A stretch of 64,000 nucleotides of DNA, from assembly GCA_010093815.1 (NCBI GenBank), contig ML996580.1. One strand, 5' to 3'. Below, piece after piece: positions 49,760 to 62,706 of this stretch (position 1 is the first letter of the stretch; every line of letters starts with the position of its first letter). Position numbers and translations under genes: made by a program. Under the pieces are notes generated by a model. It had not been told where the DNA came from. It did no database searches and worked only from the letters and a program-made list of their open reading frames with translations. The DNA is from Pseudovirgaria hyperparasitica (taxonomy: Eukaryota).

Positions 49760-50872
49760 ATGAACAACTTTATGAATGTGCCCCTTGGACCCAACTCAAC
49801 CTCTCCGTACTACCAGGATGGCTACTGGTCCAATATCGATCCTGCGCTCCTACAGAGCCCCAAACACAATCTGCTCCCTGATAACGACCAGGACGGCATG
49901 GACTTTTCATTCCTGGCCGACAATTCGCAACGGGATCAATGGTCTCTGCTGGATGATAGTAATCTCTTCCAGACACCAAACACCAATACTGCCATCAATC
50001 TTCCGAACTTGGATCCATTTCTTGAACACAACGACACTAACTTCCAGAACTGGCAATATCCAGCTCCACCAAGGTCTGCCGGACCTTTTCAAAACTCCAA
50101 AACAGACCCACCGCCATACAACGCCCTCCCATATCGTCCTCTTACACGCTCACAGTCCAAATTCCAGCCTTACACGCCTCCAAGCCTCGATCTTACCCCT
50201 GAACCCACCCATCTAGAATCCAGCACTAACCTCTTCGAAACACAACCCCCAAAGCCGCAAGTCCCCAAAAAATACCTCTCTTTCCATGACGACTTCGGCT
50301 CCACGGACGCCGCAATCGCCTTCCTCACTCAAGTCCAGCGCGCACCCTTCATCGACCCAGCCGCAGACCCGACCATCGCCGCCATCGAATCTCATGCCAC
50401 CCACCACGTCCGCCGCATCTACACCGCCATCGTCGACCAGTCGCGCATCCGCGACAACCCGTCCGCACGCGTCCTGACACGCTTCAACGGTTCCGCAGCC
50501 TCGTTCCCGCCCGCGCTCATCGTCGCCCGCAGCTACACCGTGCTGGCTGCCCTACTGCGCGCCGTCAAGATCGGCTGGACAGACGACGTGGCCGGCGATG
50601 TGGCACTGCGCAGCAAGTTTGCACGCGACCGCGAGTGTAATGCCGAAGAGCGACTTGCGAATGTGTGTGCTGCCTTGGCGGCTGAGAAGCAGGTTGCGCT
50701 TGATGTTATGAATGGTGAGGTGCAGCGGCTGGTGCATGCGCCGCTCGAGGTGGCGGGGAGTAAGGCGCGCAACCGGGTGAGTAATGCGGGCAAGGCGAGG
50801 GTGCTGATGAGGGCGAAGGAGGGGAGGAAAGGGCAGGGAAAGGGGACGACAGGGAAAGGGGGGCAGTACTGA
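49760..50872 (+). CDS. Hypothetical protein (low-complexity N-terminus, helical/basic C-terminal domain)
   Basis: 370-aa ATG ORF with an upstream TATA-like element. No family recognised. Confidence 0.65.
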   Translation: MNNFMNVPLGPNSTSPYYQDGYWSNIDPALLQSPKHNLLPDNDQDGMDFSFLADNSQRDQWSLLDDSNLFQTPNTNTAINLPNLDPFLEHNDTNFQNWQYPAPPRSAGPFQNSKTDPPPYNALPYRPLTRSQSKFQPYTPPSLDLTPEPTHLESSTNLFETQPPKPQVPKKYLSFHDDFGSTDAAIAFLTQVQRAPFIDPAADPTIAAIESHATHHVRRIYTAIVDQSRIRDNPSARVLTRFNGSAASFPPALIVARSYTVLAALLRAVKIGWTDDVAGDVALRSKFARDRECNAEERLANVCAALAAEKQVALDVMNGEVQRLVHAPLEVAGSKARNRVSNAGKARVLMRAKEGRKGQGKGTTGKGGQY

Positions 50873-51120
50873 TTGGTTTCTGATCTGCCATGTGTGGTGG
50901 TGTTGACATTGGGTGCCCGTGGATATTTGTTGAGAACGCTAGTCGTTTGGATGGGTGCTGATTATTCTATTACATACGCTATCTTTGGGGAATGGTGCTT
51001 TTTGAATGGAGCAGTGGTTGTATGAGAACGCCTCGCTTGACCGCCTGAATCGCTGAAATGTCAAATTGAAGGAAGCCTAGGAAAAGGTGGAAATATAGAA
51101 ATAGTGATGAAGGTGTATTA

Positions 51121-52682
51121 TTATTCCGACTCTTCTACATGATCTGCCTCCCTTCTCTTCCATAATCTTGTCAGCCATGGAACAGGCCGACCGATATAGT
51201 ATCCGGACAGAAGCATGATGAAGAACGAGAACCCTCCCATCACAGTATTCATGTTAGCGTATCCAACAGAGTCCTTGAGGCTCCCGGCAGCAATTGGTCC
51301 AAGCGTGAGACCGAGGCTGAACATGGTCGATGTCATGCCGTAAAGCTGTGCATAAGGCCCGTCCTCGCCAAACAACTCCGGATTTGCCTTGTGGTACTTT
51401 TCCATGATGTCGCCTGCCTCGACGATAGAAGGCGTGCCCGCAATCGAAAGCCCAATACCGCACAAGCTCAATAGAACGGAGTAGACTGCGATTTGTTCGG
51501 GGCCTCCGGGCTGCGGTATGCGGAGCAGGCAGTATGCTGCGCCCAGCAAGCCAAAGCCAATGACGGCGGCTGGCTTGGTGCCGTAGCGATCGACTGCCCA
51601 GCCTGCTGGTGGACCGAAGACGAGATCTGCTACTCCCAAGGGGAGGAACAGAAGACCGGCACGTAGGGGGCTGAAATCGTACCAATCTTTCGCCATGATG
51701 GGCACGGTAGCATCGAATGTCGCGATGAAGAAAGCTTGAGCAAAACCAAGGATACAAGCCATGATAAGAGACATGCTCTTAAGACATGCTAGTATTGGTA
51801 CGGCTTTGATGATCTTGGATTCGGGTGTCGGTATATCGTAGTCGATGGAAGGCGACTTGGGGATCAATTCGGTTTCCTCGTCGTCGTCGGCGGTAGTGGA
51901 ATCGGCATCCGAGGAGCTTTCAGGGCTTGAGGCGCCCGCGTCGCGGAATCGTTTTGCGACTTTCTTCTCGACAACTAGAATCCGTAGTGCAAGGTCAATA
52001 ACCAGTACTCCGACAGCCACACCAAAGACGCCTTGGTACCCAGTCTTCTCATAGAGAAGACCTCCAAGTGTTGGGGCAAATAAAGTTCCTGCGGTTAGGA
52101 AACTGAAAATCTGTTGAACAGTTAGTGAATGCACGCTGTTCAGTCGCAAGTATGACTTACGCTGCCTACGACCTTCCCCATGTTCTTCGGCCCTACTGTC
52201 TCCAGACTCATGGCCAGACCAAGCGTCCACACACAGCCACTGGCCGCACCCTGCAACAGTCTCGCAATCACAAGCACGGGATAGGACTGTCCGACTGCCA
52301 GGAGCACAGTAGCCATCATCAGCGCGCTAAGACTGACCAGAAACGGGCCTTGTCGCGTTTCAGCAACTTTGTCTGCCAGAAGCCCAGCTATGGGTGATGA
52401 TATCATCGACGCCAAGGCATACGTTGATAGTAAAGTCGAGGTTAGACTTTGGAGCTGGTCTGGTGATGAACCGATGCGATCTTGTAGAAGGAATGGTATG
52501 ACAGGTACGATCAGGCTGTATAGGAACAGGTCAGAGAACATGCCCATGCCGATTGTGAAGATGATGAAGAAGGTATTGGACCTCCATTTGAGGCCCCATG
52601 GTTCGACATCATATTTCTTTCCTAGGGGAAATAGACGCTTTGCAACGAGCGTTACTGATGCGGTCGACGCTCTGCGGAGCAT
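51121..52682 (-). CDS. MFS transporter, DHA1/vesicular amine transporter-like
   Basis: DLFLYSLIVPVIP, GLLADK, ARLLQG and GWAVDRYG. One intron about 52111-52160. Confidence 0.87.
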
Positions 52683-53391
52683 TGTCTGATGGATTAGATG
52701 TTGGTGAAGTGGTATATGCGGATGGGTGTCTGATCGAACACTACAGGTAGCTGACGTGCTCGCTCAATCAGTAGGCACTTGCTGAAGAATCGTGGACCCT
52801 AGACTAGACTTAATAGGAGCCAACTAGATGTCCCGTGAGAGAGAAACTGTAAGTAAGAAAGACAGTTGTAAAGAGTAGTGATGCTACTATAAGTCATACA
52901 TGGCAGACACACATAACTAAAACAACGATTATCCTTGATTATACACTTGAACTTTTTTTGCCGGCCCGGGCGTGCACTAGTCTTGTGGGGGAGCCGCTCC
53001 GAATCGAGTCTGTTGCCTGAGGCTAGACTTTTCCGGTGACAGTCACGGTGACGTTAACAGTTGCATTTGTGACTGCAGAATGGAGTGTACAGTGTGTTCG
53101 AACTGCACTCCTTTTGCCAATGAGTCAAGTGAATGCATGGTGTTGACAGTCACGCTGTATCATTGTTTCGGGACATCACGTGTCGCCACAAAGTGTGGCT
53201 GAGTGAGGGGCGTTGGCGTCTCCCTTGGGGCAAAACCGCGTCATGTCATCATCCTGGACCGCATGATACATCTTCTCCACTCTCACTCACTCACGGCTCT
53301 CTCTCCTGGTACTCACCATAGCTCCATACTTCTACCACAAGCACGCATCGCAAAACCCAACCACAACTTCATTCTCAGTCCTGTCCTCACT

Positions 53392-53987
53392 ATGTGCGGC
53401 ACCGACATCTTCCTCGCCATCCTCTCCGTGGTCTTCCCTCCCATCGGTGGTACGTACCTCCCTTGCTCACGAACCCACCCACTCTCCGCTCATTGACCTT
53501 CTTCTGCCTAAGCAAGAAGAGTCCAACTAACACGTCTCCAGTTTGGGTCAAGCGCGGTATCTGCTCTGCCGACTCGCTCATCAACATCGCCCTCTGCGTG
53601 CTCGGCTTCTTACCCGGCCTCCTACACGCCTGGTATATTATCGTCAGCTACCCGGACGAATACGAGCAGGCGCCGCAAGACGCTGAGGGCGGTAGCGGCA
53701 CCGTTACCTACTACTACGTTCAAGGCGGCTCGGCACCGCGACATCACCACCAGCAACAAAGACCTGCGCAAGGCGGCTATGGTACCGTGAATAGCCAGCC
53801 CAGTCAACAGTTCCCCGGGCAGCAGGCCGGCGCATACTATCCAAAGAACCAAGCACATGCACCACAAGCACAGCAGGGTCCTGGGCCGGTGGATGGGCCT
53901 TCCAATGGTGGTGCTGCACTACCGCCGCCGCCGAGTTATGCAGATGCTGTAAAGGGCGACAATAAGATTCAGACAAATGACCAGTAA
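53392..53987 (+). CDS. Pmp3/RCI2/SNA-family proteolipid with Gln/Pro-rich tail
   Basis: Spliced DIFLAILSVVFPPIG|VWVKRGICSADSLINIALCVLGFLPGLLHAWYII. PY motif PPSY near the C-terminus. Confidence 0.88.
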
Positions 53988-54865
53988 AAGAAGATGCGCT
54001 AAAAGGGCGTAGTGGTGTTTCATCAGGCCTGTGTATGGCGACATAATTTAGGGTCTGATACGGAAGTAGAAGTCTCGATAGCTCAGTCTTCCTTGATATA
54101 AGGCGGTACATACGCAACGAACGGACTTTCAGGGTCGGACAAGAGATGCACATGGTCTCCTCTACTTGGGTACAGCGATGAGCACGACCACGAACCAAGC
54201 TACGACTTATGGTACGAAGACACACATGAGCAAATATCCTTCTCACAGCCATGCAGAGTTCTTGTTGCTTCTCATTGTACACAGGTATACTCGCTAATCC
54301 GAGACCTAACACTCTGACATCCTTCCCTTCGTAAGCAAAGGAATACAAATCCACTGTACTACTATTAGCGACGCAGATTGGCGTTCCGATATCACAGTTA
54401 TATATACACTCCAAATACTATCTCTACTGCTACATGTACGTGTATGAAGATACGTCCGTCCACGACAGGTTACAGTTCTTGAACCTATGACGGCCACTCG
54501 TGACTGTCGTGTAGAGCTTAATCTCTGAGTAGTTGACTCGAATGATCAGTTTTTAGCTATAGGGAACACTCTAACCTTCCTACTGGTTATCTCCAAAGGG
54601 GACGAGCTTGGCTGGAAGAGAGCTTAAAATTGGTTGATTGGTATTCATGCTAGTCAAGAACTTTAGCTCTTGTAGACTATAGTTTAGGCTCATAACTGTA
54701 TACGTAGAAGACGAAAAGAAGAGACACGCGGGGTGCAACCTATGTCATGCTAACGCCCGCCATGCCACTAAGTGGTAAGGAAATGATCGGAAACTATTCA
54801 CGTCTGTTTAGAAGGCCCACATGCCGCCCTATACACATCCATTCTACGACCATACTGCACTCCAT

Positions 54866-57800
54866 TTACTCCTCGTCCGATTCAACCTCCGCTGTCTACC
54901 ACTTGTTAGCACTTGTCTGCAAACCATCAATCACGAGACTGAAGACTTACATTATCATGAAAGTTCATCCCATCCGTGGTCTCGTTAATAATCCCGCTTC
55001 TAATACACCAATCGCCGAAATGCTCTCCCTCCTCCTTTTCAAGACTGTACCTCTTTAGCATCGGCTTCAGGATGTCCAGAATCTCTTCTTCCTTGATACT
55101 GCTCCGGTAGAGTTTGTTAAGTCTCTGGCCATGGTACCCGCCGCCGAGGTACATGTTATATGCACCAAATGCCTTGCCTACAAATGCGATTTCCGCGAGC
55201 CAAGGCCGTGCGCAACCATTCGGACATCCGGTCATACGCATGACAATGGACTCCTTGCCCAGACCGTTGGACTCGAGCGTTGATTCAAGCTTAGTGATGA
55301 GTTCTGGGAGGTAGCGCTCGGACTCGGCCATGGCGAGGCCGCAAGTAGGAAACGCGACGCAGGCGGACGAGGAGAGACGCATGCCAGAAAAGGAAGTGTT
55401 GTCGAGTTTGTACTGCTTCATGAGTTTCTTGAGCGCAGGCAAATCGGCGTCATCCACATTACTCAGAATCAAATGCTGATTTCCAGTCAGGCGGAACTCG
55501 CCCTTGTGCGCCTTTGCGATTTCCAGCAACCCAGTTTTCATTTGAAAATCAGTAGTGTCTTCAATGCGCCCATTTTCAATAAAGAATGTGAAGTGGTTCT
55601 TGCCGTTCTCGTCCTTCTGCCAACCGAAGGTGTCGATGTTGGATTTGAACTCGAACGGTCGAGGTTCAAGGAATTTGTGGCCCCATAATTCTTCAACTTT
55701 ACCCTTGAAGACGTCGACGCCCATGTCATCAATGGTATACTTTAAGCGTGCGTGCTTGCGGTTCTTGCGATCACCATGGTCTCGCTGGACGAGCATAATC
55801 TTTTCACAAGCTATGTGGGCATTATGTGCCGGAACATAGCCGAACATGCGGCCTGTTTGCGGATAAGTTTTCTTGTTATTGTGAGTCGCACCCATGCCGC
55901 CACCAGCGATGATATTAAAGCCCTCAAGATGGCCGTTAGCTCCCTTAATGGCGATGAGACCAATATCGTGTGCGTAGACATCGGTATCGTTATGTGGCGG
56001 TATCGCGATGGTGATCTTGAACTTTCGGGGCAGATAGGTAGGTCCATACAAGGGTTCGCTGTCCACCACGGCATCCCCAGCTACTTGAGTCTTCACGTCG
56101 TTCTCGTCCTTCAACCAGATCTCATGGTACGCCGTGGTTGAAGGTAGTAGATGATCGCTGATCTTCTTGGACACCGCATGAACTTCGGCATGATACTGAG
56201 AGTGCTGAGGAAGAGAGCTGCACATGACGTTCCTATTCACGTCACCGCAGGCGGCAATCGTAGTCATGAGAGCCTTGTTGATTGCTTGCATGGCTGGTCG
56301 AAGCTTACCTTTGACTACACCGTGAAATTGGAAAGTCTGACGAGTAGTCAATTTCATGGTTTCGTTGCCAAGGCTGGATGCAATTGCGTCCATTTTGACC
56401 CATTGATCAGGAGTAGCGACACCACCTGGTAAACGACAACGAATCATGAAAGAGTACGCTGGCTCGAGACCTTGGGCTTTGCGTTCATCACGTATGTCGC
56501 GGTCATCTTGCATGTATGTTCCATGGAACTTGGTCAATTGCTGGTCAGGCGCGGAAATGGCGCCGGTGCTTGTGTCCCGCAGTCCCTCCATGATTGTCCC
56601 ACGAAGGAAGTTTGACTCAATCTTGATATCCTCATTGGTAATTGGTGGTGGTTCTTCCGGGAGGCCTTCAACGTTATCAACTCCAAGGGCTTGCCACAAC
56701 TTCGGCTCCCACTCTGCGTAACCGGTTTGGTAAGAGTCAGGATCTTGATCATCACCGAGACCACACTCTGTCATCGCATGGCCTCCAAGAGTCAAGAAAC
56801 GGGCGTGTAGATCTTTACCGGGTTTGTTATAATAGATCTTGTCTTCTTTCCGCGGCCAGTAATGGCTGTCTCCGAGCGCAAATACAGCAAAGTTAACAGT
56901 TGCAAGGTCCAGGTCGGTGGAGTCTTTCACACCTTCCCAGAATGCATGCCCGTTTTGGGGAAACTCGCCCTGACCAGCCGTGCTTGTAATCAACACAACA
57001 TTCTCTTCGCTGCTAAGGTCCTCAAGCGGGTAGTCGTCCATAGCCATGACCATCGTCTTTAGTCCTCGAGCTTTACCACGGTTGCCGAGGCGCTTAGCCA
57101 GATTCTCAGCGTTTCCATTATCTGAAGCAAAGAGGACTGTCAGTGGCGCGCCCAGAAGTCCTTCAAGCAATTGGCTGTATGCGTCTTTGGCCTTGCGCTT
57201 CTGGGATTGCCTAACTTCTGTGCCGTACGAAGAAGAGATGTTTGCGGCAAACTGTGGGTGACGGTTCATAAGCTGGCTGAGATAATTATCACGCTTTAGG
57301 AACTGCTGCAACTCTTGCTTTATTCGCTCAGAATCCAACTTGAACCTGTCATCGCCTTTCTCAGCAGAAGGATCCCAGCGGTAGAGAGGCCAATATCCAA
57401 GATCCACAGCCTTCTTCGTTTCTTGCAAGACCGTCAAAGGAGAATCTGTCTCGATGTTATACGGAAGATATGCAAGCACAACAGCGGGACCATTGAATTT
57501 GTCGGCTTCAATCATTGCTTGGAGCACTTGAGTGTAGGAGCTGTAAACGGCAACTGATGCGACATAGGCATTGCCAAAGTTCATAGCGTATAGTCCGATG
57601 TCTTTCTTGCGTCGAGCTGCATCAGCTGCAGCGCGCTCGGAGTATGGCTGGGAGTCAACGATAAGCATATTCACATTTGCCCCAGAAGCTAGGACATGAT
57701 GAACACCGGAGTTGCCCAAGTCATATGCCCAAGCATCCGATCCAACCAACCACTGCGACTCGTTGAAGAAGAACGACTTTGTTGATAGAAGCTGCGTAGC

Positions 57801-59664
57801 TGCTGCAGACCCATCTGTACTGAGACGTGATATGACTTCAGGTGCAATCTGATTGGCCTTTTCGGGATTCTCAGCTGCGAGAGCCCATTTCGAAAGCCAC
57901 GTGGCTGGGTTTTCGGTCAGAAATGCGCGGCTTTTTGATGCAGCTTGTACCTCTTCGACAAATCTTGATCGACGCTCCTTGCGGGCCATCAACTTGCCGA
58001 ATCCAAATTCGGGATTTGCACGAACGCTGGCAGAGATGCCAGCATTTTCGCGTCCGAGTTGATTTGCAACATGCAACCGCTCTGAGAATATCTGCTTGAG
58101 AACTTTCATGTATGCGTTTTCAAGTTCTGGTTGTTCAATTGAGACTTCCTCAGTCAATGCCTCGGGACCATCCATATTACCAATCTCCAAGTTTTGTATG
58201 GGAGACGGTAATGCGAGGTTCTGGAACACACCCCTGATTGCTTGTCTGGCAGTGGCCTCTTCGATGTAGCCAACCTGATACCCAACGATAGCAATATCTG
58301 AACCAGCAGTCTTCAGGGTCATTAGAAGGTCCAGGAGTAGAGGTCCCCATTTGGTAGTCTTGCGACGTATTTGCTCCAAGACAGCGATTTTCTTGACTGA
58401 CTTGGGCAGTATATCCGCAAGTTTTGATCCCAACCAAGGCCGATATAGTCTCACAGTGATCAGGCCGGCATTCGCGTATTCATCTGTGGGCTTCGCCTGA
58501 TCAATCTCATTACCAAAAAGCCCAGCGTCGCTACCAAAGACAAAGACAGCCGCGGTTGCGTCGTTTGATCCAGAGTATTCGAAAGCATCATATGCACGAC
58601 CTGTGAGGTCTTTGATCGTTCCCCAAATCTGCTTTGCGTAGTTGTAAACATCTTCCGATGTTACTGGGCGTGAAGTGATCGATTCGAATGAGGTTGCTAG
58701 CGAAGACGCATCTCCATTGCCGTCACTGCTGTCTCTCTTCGACGACGAGGACACAGAGGAGCTGCGCTCGCTTTGCTGGATTCCTTCAGTTGCCCCTGAC
58801 AATACTGTTTGATCCGCTGACTGGCCAGATTCTGCTAGACTATGCTCTCCTTGGCTTCTTGCCACATCAATTGTTGCAGCACGTCCATCGTTCACGTACA
58901 AACTTGTCTCCTCAGATCGTGTGCTTTGCCATGATTTTGTGCTTTCGAGGTCCAGTATTTGCCTCACAGTCTCTACTTTATCCGCAGCAATCTCGAGATC
59001 GTCTTCCAACGCGACAGGATCGAAGAAATGAATGACACCTTTTCCTGATCTTATCGCTAGTGCATGGGCTGATAATCCCAGGTCCCAGACTTCTTGCAAT
59101 TTCTCGGATTGTATGAAAGTGAAGCCAGACTGACGTATGGCGGTTATGCTGGAGTAGTCAGGATATTTTAAAGATTCGAGTGCGACATGGAGAACGATTG
59201 GATATTGTGCGAGCTTGTAGAGGTGAGGTATGGATTTGAGAAGAATAGAGGAGTCGGTGGTGACTGATACGACCTTGCCAGAGCGGATTGGTTGGAAGGC
59301 CGAGAGAAGAGGATCGGCATTTTGGCGCACTGGAAAAATCTAGTTTCCCATTAGCTATGTTGTAGGAGGTGCAAGCCTGGTGAACAATATACTTCAGGCG
59401 CAGCCTTTGCCGTCAGACTAGCGAGGTTCTTTTCGGAGTAGGATTGGAGATATGATGAGAATTCGGACTCGGTCGAGAGAGAAGGCTGAACAGAAATAAC
59501 CACATCACTCGAGAGGTATGCGACACGCGCCGCTGTATGTCAATGTTAGCCATAGGTTCTCTCACAAGGGTTCGCCCCACCGCGGCGTATGCAGGCTCAA
59601 AGTCCACAGACGGAGGTGAAAGCAAGAACGTACCAGCTTCTCCAGCACTGGAGATGGAGCCCAT
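54866..59664 (-). CDS. MET5: Assimilatory sulfite reductase beta (siroheme/4Fe-4S) subunit
   Basis: PFOR-like N-terminus, flavodoxin (ASDNGNAE, STAGQGEFP), KFHGTYMQDDRD, YLPRKFK, CVAFPTCGLA and MTGCPNGC. Three introns. The last exon reads TAEVESDEE*. Confidence 0.95.
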
Positions 59665-59839
59665 GATAACAGAGAGGAATGGACTGTGATCCTCAATTGG
59701 TAGAGTAGAGAGAAGCAGAGGAGAACGAAGCAATTAATTTGTGAAATTGACATGACCGGCTAATACCGACGTCCATTCTAGCGCCACACGAGCTCTGGAG
59801 TACCTAGCTTATGACCAATGTGACAATTCGAGACCACGG

Positions 59840-59867
59840 ATTGGCTGGCCCTACCAATCACGCCATC
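59840..59867. promoter_or_regulatory. Inverted CCAAT pair overlapping a CYS-3/MetR-like bZIP site
   Basis: ATTGG (59840-44), CCAAT (59854-58) and ATCACGCCAT (59857-66, 9/10 match to ATGRYRYCAT), about 190 bp upstream of the sulfite reductase ATG. Confidence 0.5.
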
Positions 59868-60509
59868 GGAGAAGTAAATCTCTAGGGGAGGTGGAGGAGA
59901 TTTTCATGGAGGTTTCGGCTGCATTGAGATGATGGATGGTTCACCGTCCACGAACGCTCGGTCCTCTAATATGATACATAGTAGGACTTTAGATAGTCAT
60001 TCTTTCGCTCGCTGAGTCTGGCTCTAGTAGTCATAATAATACTTATGTCTTACATTATTTTCTAGATGTCTGCACGCATCTTGTATCTTCCAATATGGCT
60101 GGGATACATGTATCGGTCATGGATCATCACCATTCCCAAGCTGACTACTCCAGCATCTGCCAAACGGACTTTTCGGCTCGGCAACTCGTCCTCCAACCAC
60201 TCCGCTTTCGGAGTGCTTACTAAGTCAATAGCCGATAGGTCACTACTAGTACGTGCCCCACCACGCTCACTCTTGCACCAGCAGACCCCACATCATCTGG
60301 TTATGCCGCGTCTTGTGGCTGCATTGTTGCATATCCATGTTTCTGTTGTTTGTCGTGTGTGTCTATCGATATCGTTACCACCGTTGTATCTCGCAGGACC
60401 TTGTATCTATCGCATCATGATGGAAGTTTGAGACCTGCTTGCTGCTCTTGCACCTAGCCTTGTCCACGCCCCTATCCCGCTACAGCGCCCAATCCTCGGC
60501 TTTCCGACC

Positions 60510-61474
60510 ATGTCTTCTGCCGGTGCTGCTCACCAAGGCATCAAAAGCGATAGCTGCGAAAGTATGAATGGGTCTGCAATTCCTCCCACGGATACTCAAT
60601 CTTTCGCTGAGCTGTGTGCGCATATGCATGGGAGGTTACAAAGATTTTTAGCTGAGGATGTGAAGGACGAGAGACTGAGCAGCGTTCAAGAACAAACTCG
60701 CATTTCATTGGATGTCATTTCCGAAGCATTACACAAATATAAGTATGTACCTGTGAACTGTCCACTGTTGTGGCGCATATTGAACAGGAGATCACCATGT
60801 ACTGACGAGAAGCAGTATCACTGAGCTTTCTCTTTCCTACAATGGTGGTAAAGACTGCCTCGTCCTCCTCATACTATATCTCGCCGCCCTGCATCAAGTA
60901 CATAGCAACTCTTCAGACGCTCGCAACGAGCAGCTCTCGAGCTTGCAGAGCGTGTACATACAGTCACCCAATCCCTTCAATGAGGTAGAGTCGTTCGTGG
61001 CCTCCTCTGTGGCGATGTACTTCCTCGCCTTAGCTACATACGCTGCGCCGATGAAAATTGCCTTTACCAACTATCTTCGTGAATACCCCAAAGTAAAAGC
61101 CATATTCGTTGGCACACGAAGGACTGATCCGCATGGGGCTGATCTGACACATTTCGACCGTACCGACAGCGGGTGGCCGGACTTCATGCGGATACACCCA
61201 GTCATTGACTGGCATTATGTAGATATTTGGACAGTGAGTAGCCTGGATGAAGTCTTATCGCACAACTGAAAACATGCAGTTTATTCGGCATTTGAAGATC
61301 CCATACTGTTCTTTATACGATCAAGGTTATACGTCTTTAGGCGGTACTACCGACACGCACCCCAATCCGGCCTTGCAAAGACGGACTTCGGATCAGGGTG
61401 CGACTTCAGAGACATTTCGGCCAGCGTATGAACTCGTAGAGGACCAACAAGAAAGACTTGGGAGGGATAGATGA
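60510..61474 (+). CDS. FAD1: FAD synthetase (PAPS reductase family)
   Basis: Spliced SLSYNGGKDC, GTRRTDPHG, WPDFMRIHP, YCSLYDQGYTSLG and ERLGR. Two introns. Confidence 0.92.
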
Positions 61475-62706
61475 CTGTCTAGACGTCCACTGGCGTTATG
61501 CTCTCAGGACAGTGTTACCGCCCGTATGTACACAGCATCGACGAATGTATGATTGATGAACGAGATCACCGATACCCTCTCAATGAATGCGGTACCGATG
61601 ACAAGGCCCATGGCAAATCTGCCAAGTTCAAATTCTCCCTTCCATCATGGAGTGCGATCCACATCAATTGAGCAGCATGGCAACTAATGTGGCAGAAAAC
61701 TTTTTAAAGAAACGTGGCAGAAGCGGCCAGCATATCAATACTCAAGGTTTTTTTTAGATCCCTTGCAAGTGTTGCGTTACCGAGATGAGGTTGAAGTCGT
61801 CGAGACTGGAGATCACGCTCAATACCATTCAACTATTGACATCTATCCAAGACGTGCTCTTGCGAGTGTATCGTTACGGCTCCGATGCCGAATTCTAAGT
61901 CAGTAGGTCAGAGAGTCTACTCCCCTCGTCAGATTGTAGGTTCGAGGATATGATCCAAGGTCGGCTTTCATCGTGTATGAAGCATCCGAGGCTTATATCA
62001 TTGACGCTTTGTAGCCATCACCGAACACTCGTCATTTGGTCTAGCGATGTCGTTATCCAGGGACCATACACGCTACTCTCAATCAGGCACGAACTCCCGC
62101 GTCAGTCTCACCGAACCAATCAGATCCACAGAAACATTTACCACATTCTAAATGGTCGTACCTTGCATGATGAGGTGAAACCACAATCATCAGCATTCAC
62201 GTTGTGGTGCGGCGCAACGAAGACTCTGTTAAAGAATTACAGCTCTCTCCTGCCATACAAGCTATTCAAGTCGACGTCGGGAATCGGGTCGGTAGTGAGA
62301 CCTGCACCTCAATCATTGACGCTGCGAGCACCACGCGGGCTGACGTTTGCAAGGCTTACCGATCTATAAGCCAAAGACGATTGTTGCGCCTGTCCTGTTT
62401 CGATTAGCTGCCGGAACTAGCCCTGGGAAACCTATATCTGATGTGCTTTGTCACCCTACTCGCACGCAATCGATATAATCCAGCACATCATGCACACCGC
62501 AATACGTATCTGACCCTTGCATTCTCGCCCCTGCTCCATAATCCGGGGTAGTGGAATTACTATTGCGTGATTCTAACAGACACTTATAAGTTCTTAAGGT
62601 CACTTATTACATTTCTCAGTTCGAATATCAACACGAAACACTACTTAACTGCAGGCGTTTCTGCACAAAAGACCCAAATATTCAACCTTCTTAACCATCT
62701 ATCATC

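Noticed and set aside
53082..53111. Hairpin containing GTTCGAA, resembling a tRNA T-arm
   Set aside because: No cloverleaf, no acceptor stem, and the invariant G-C closing pair is missing.
60510..61474. PAPS reductase (MET16), suggested by proximity to sulfite reductase
   Set aside because: SYNGGKDC and GTRRTDP motifs with no C-terminal ECGLH indicate FAD synthetase.
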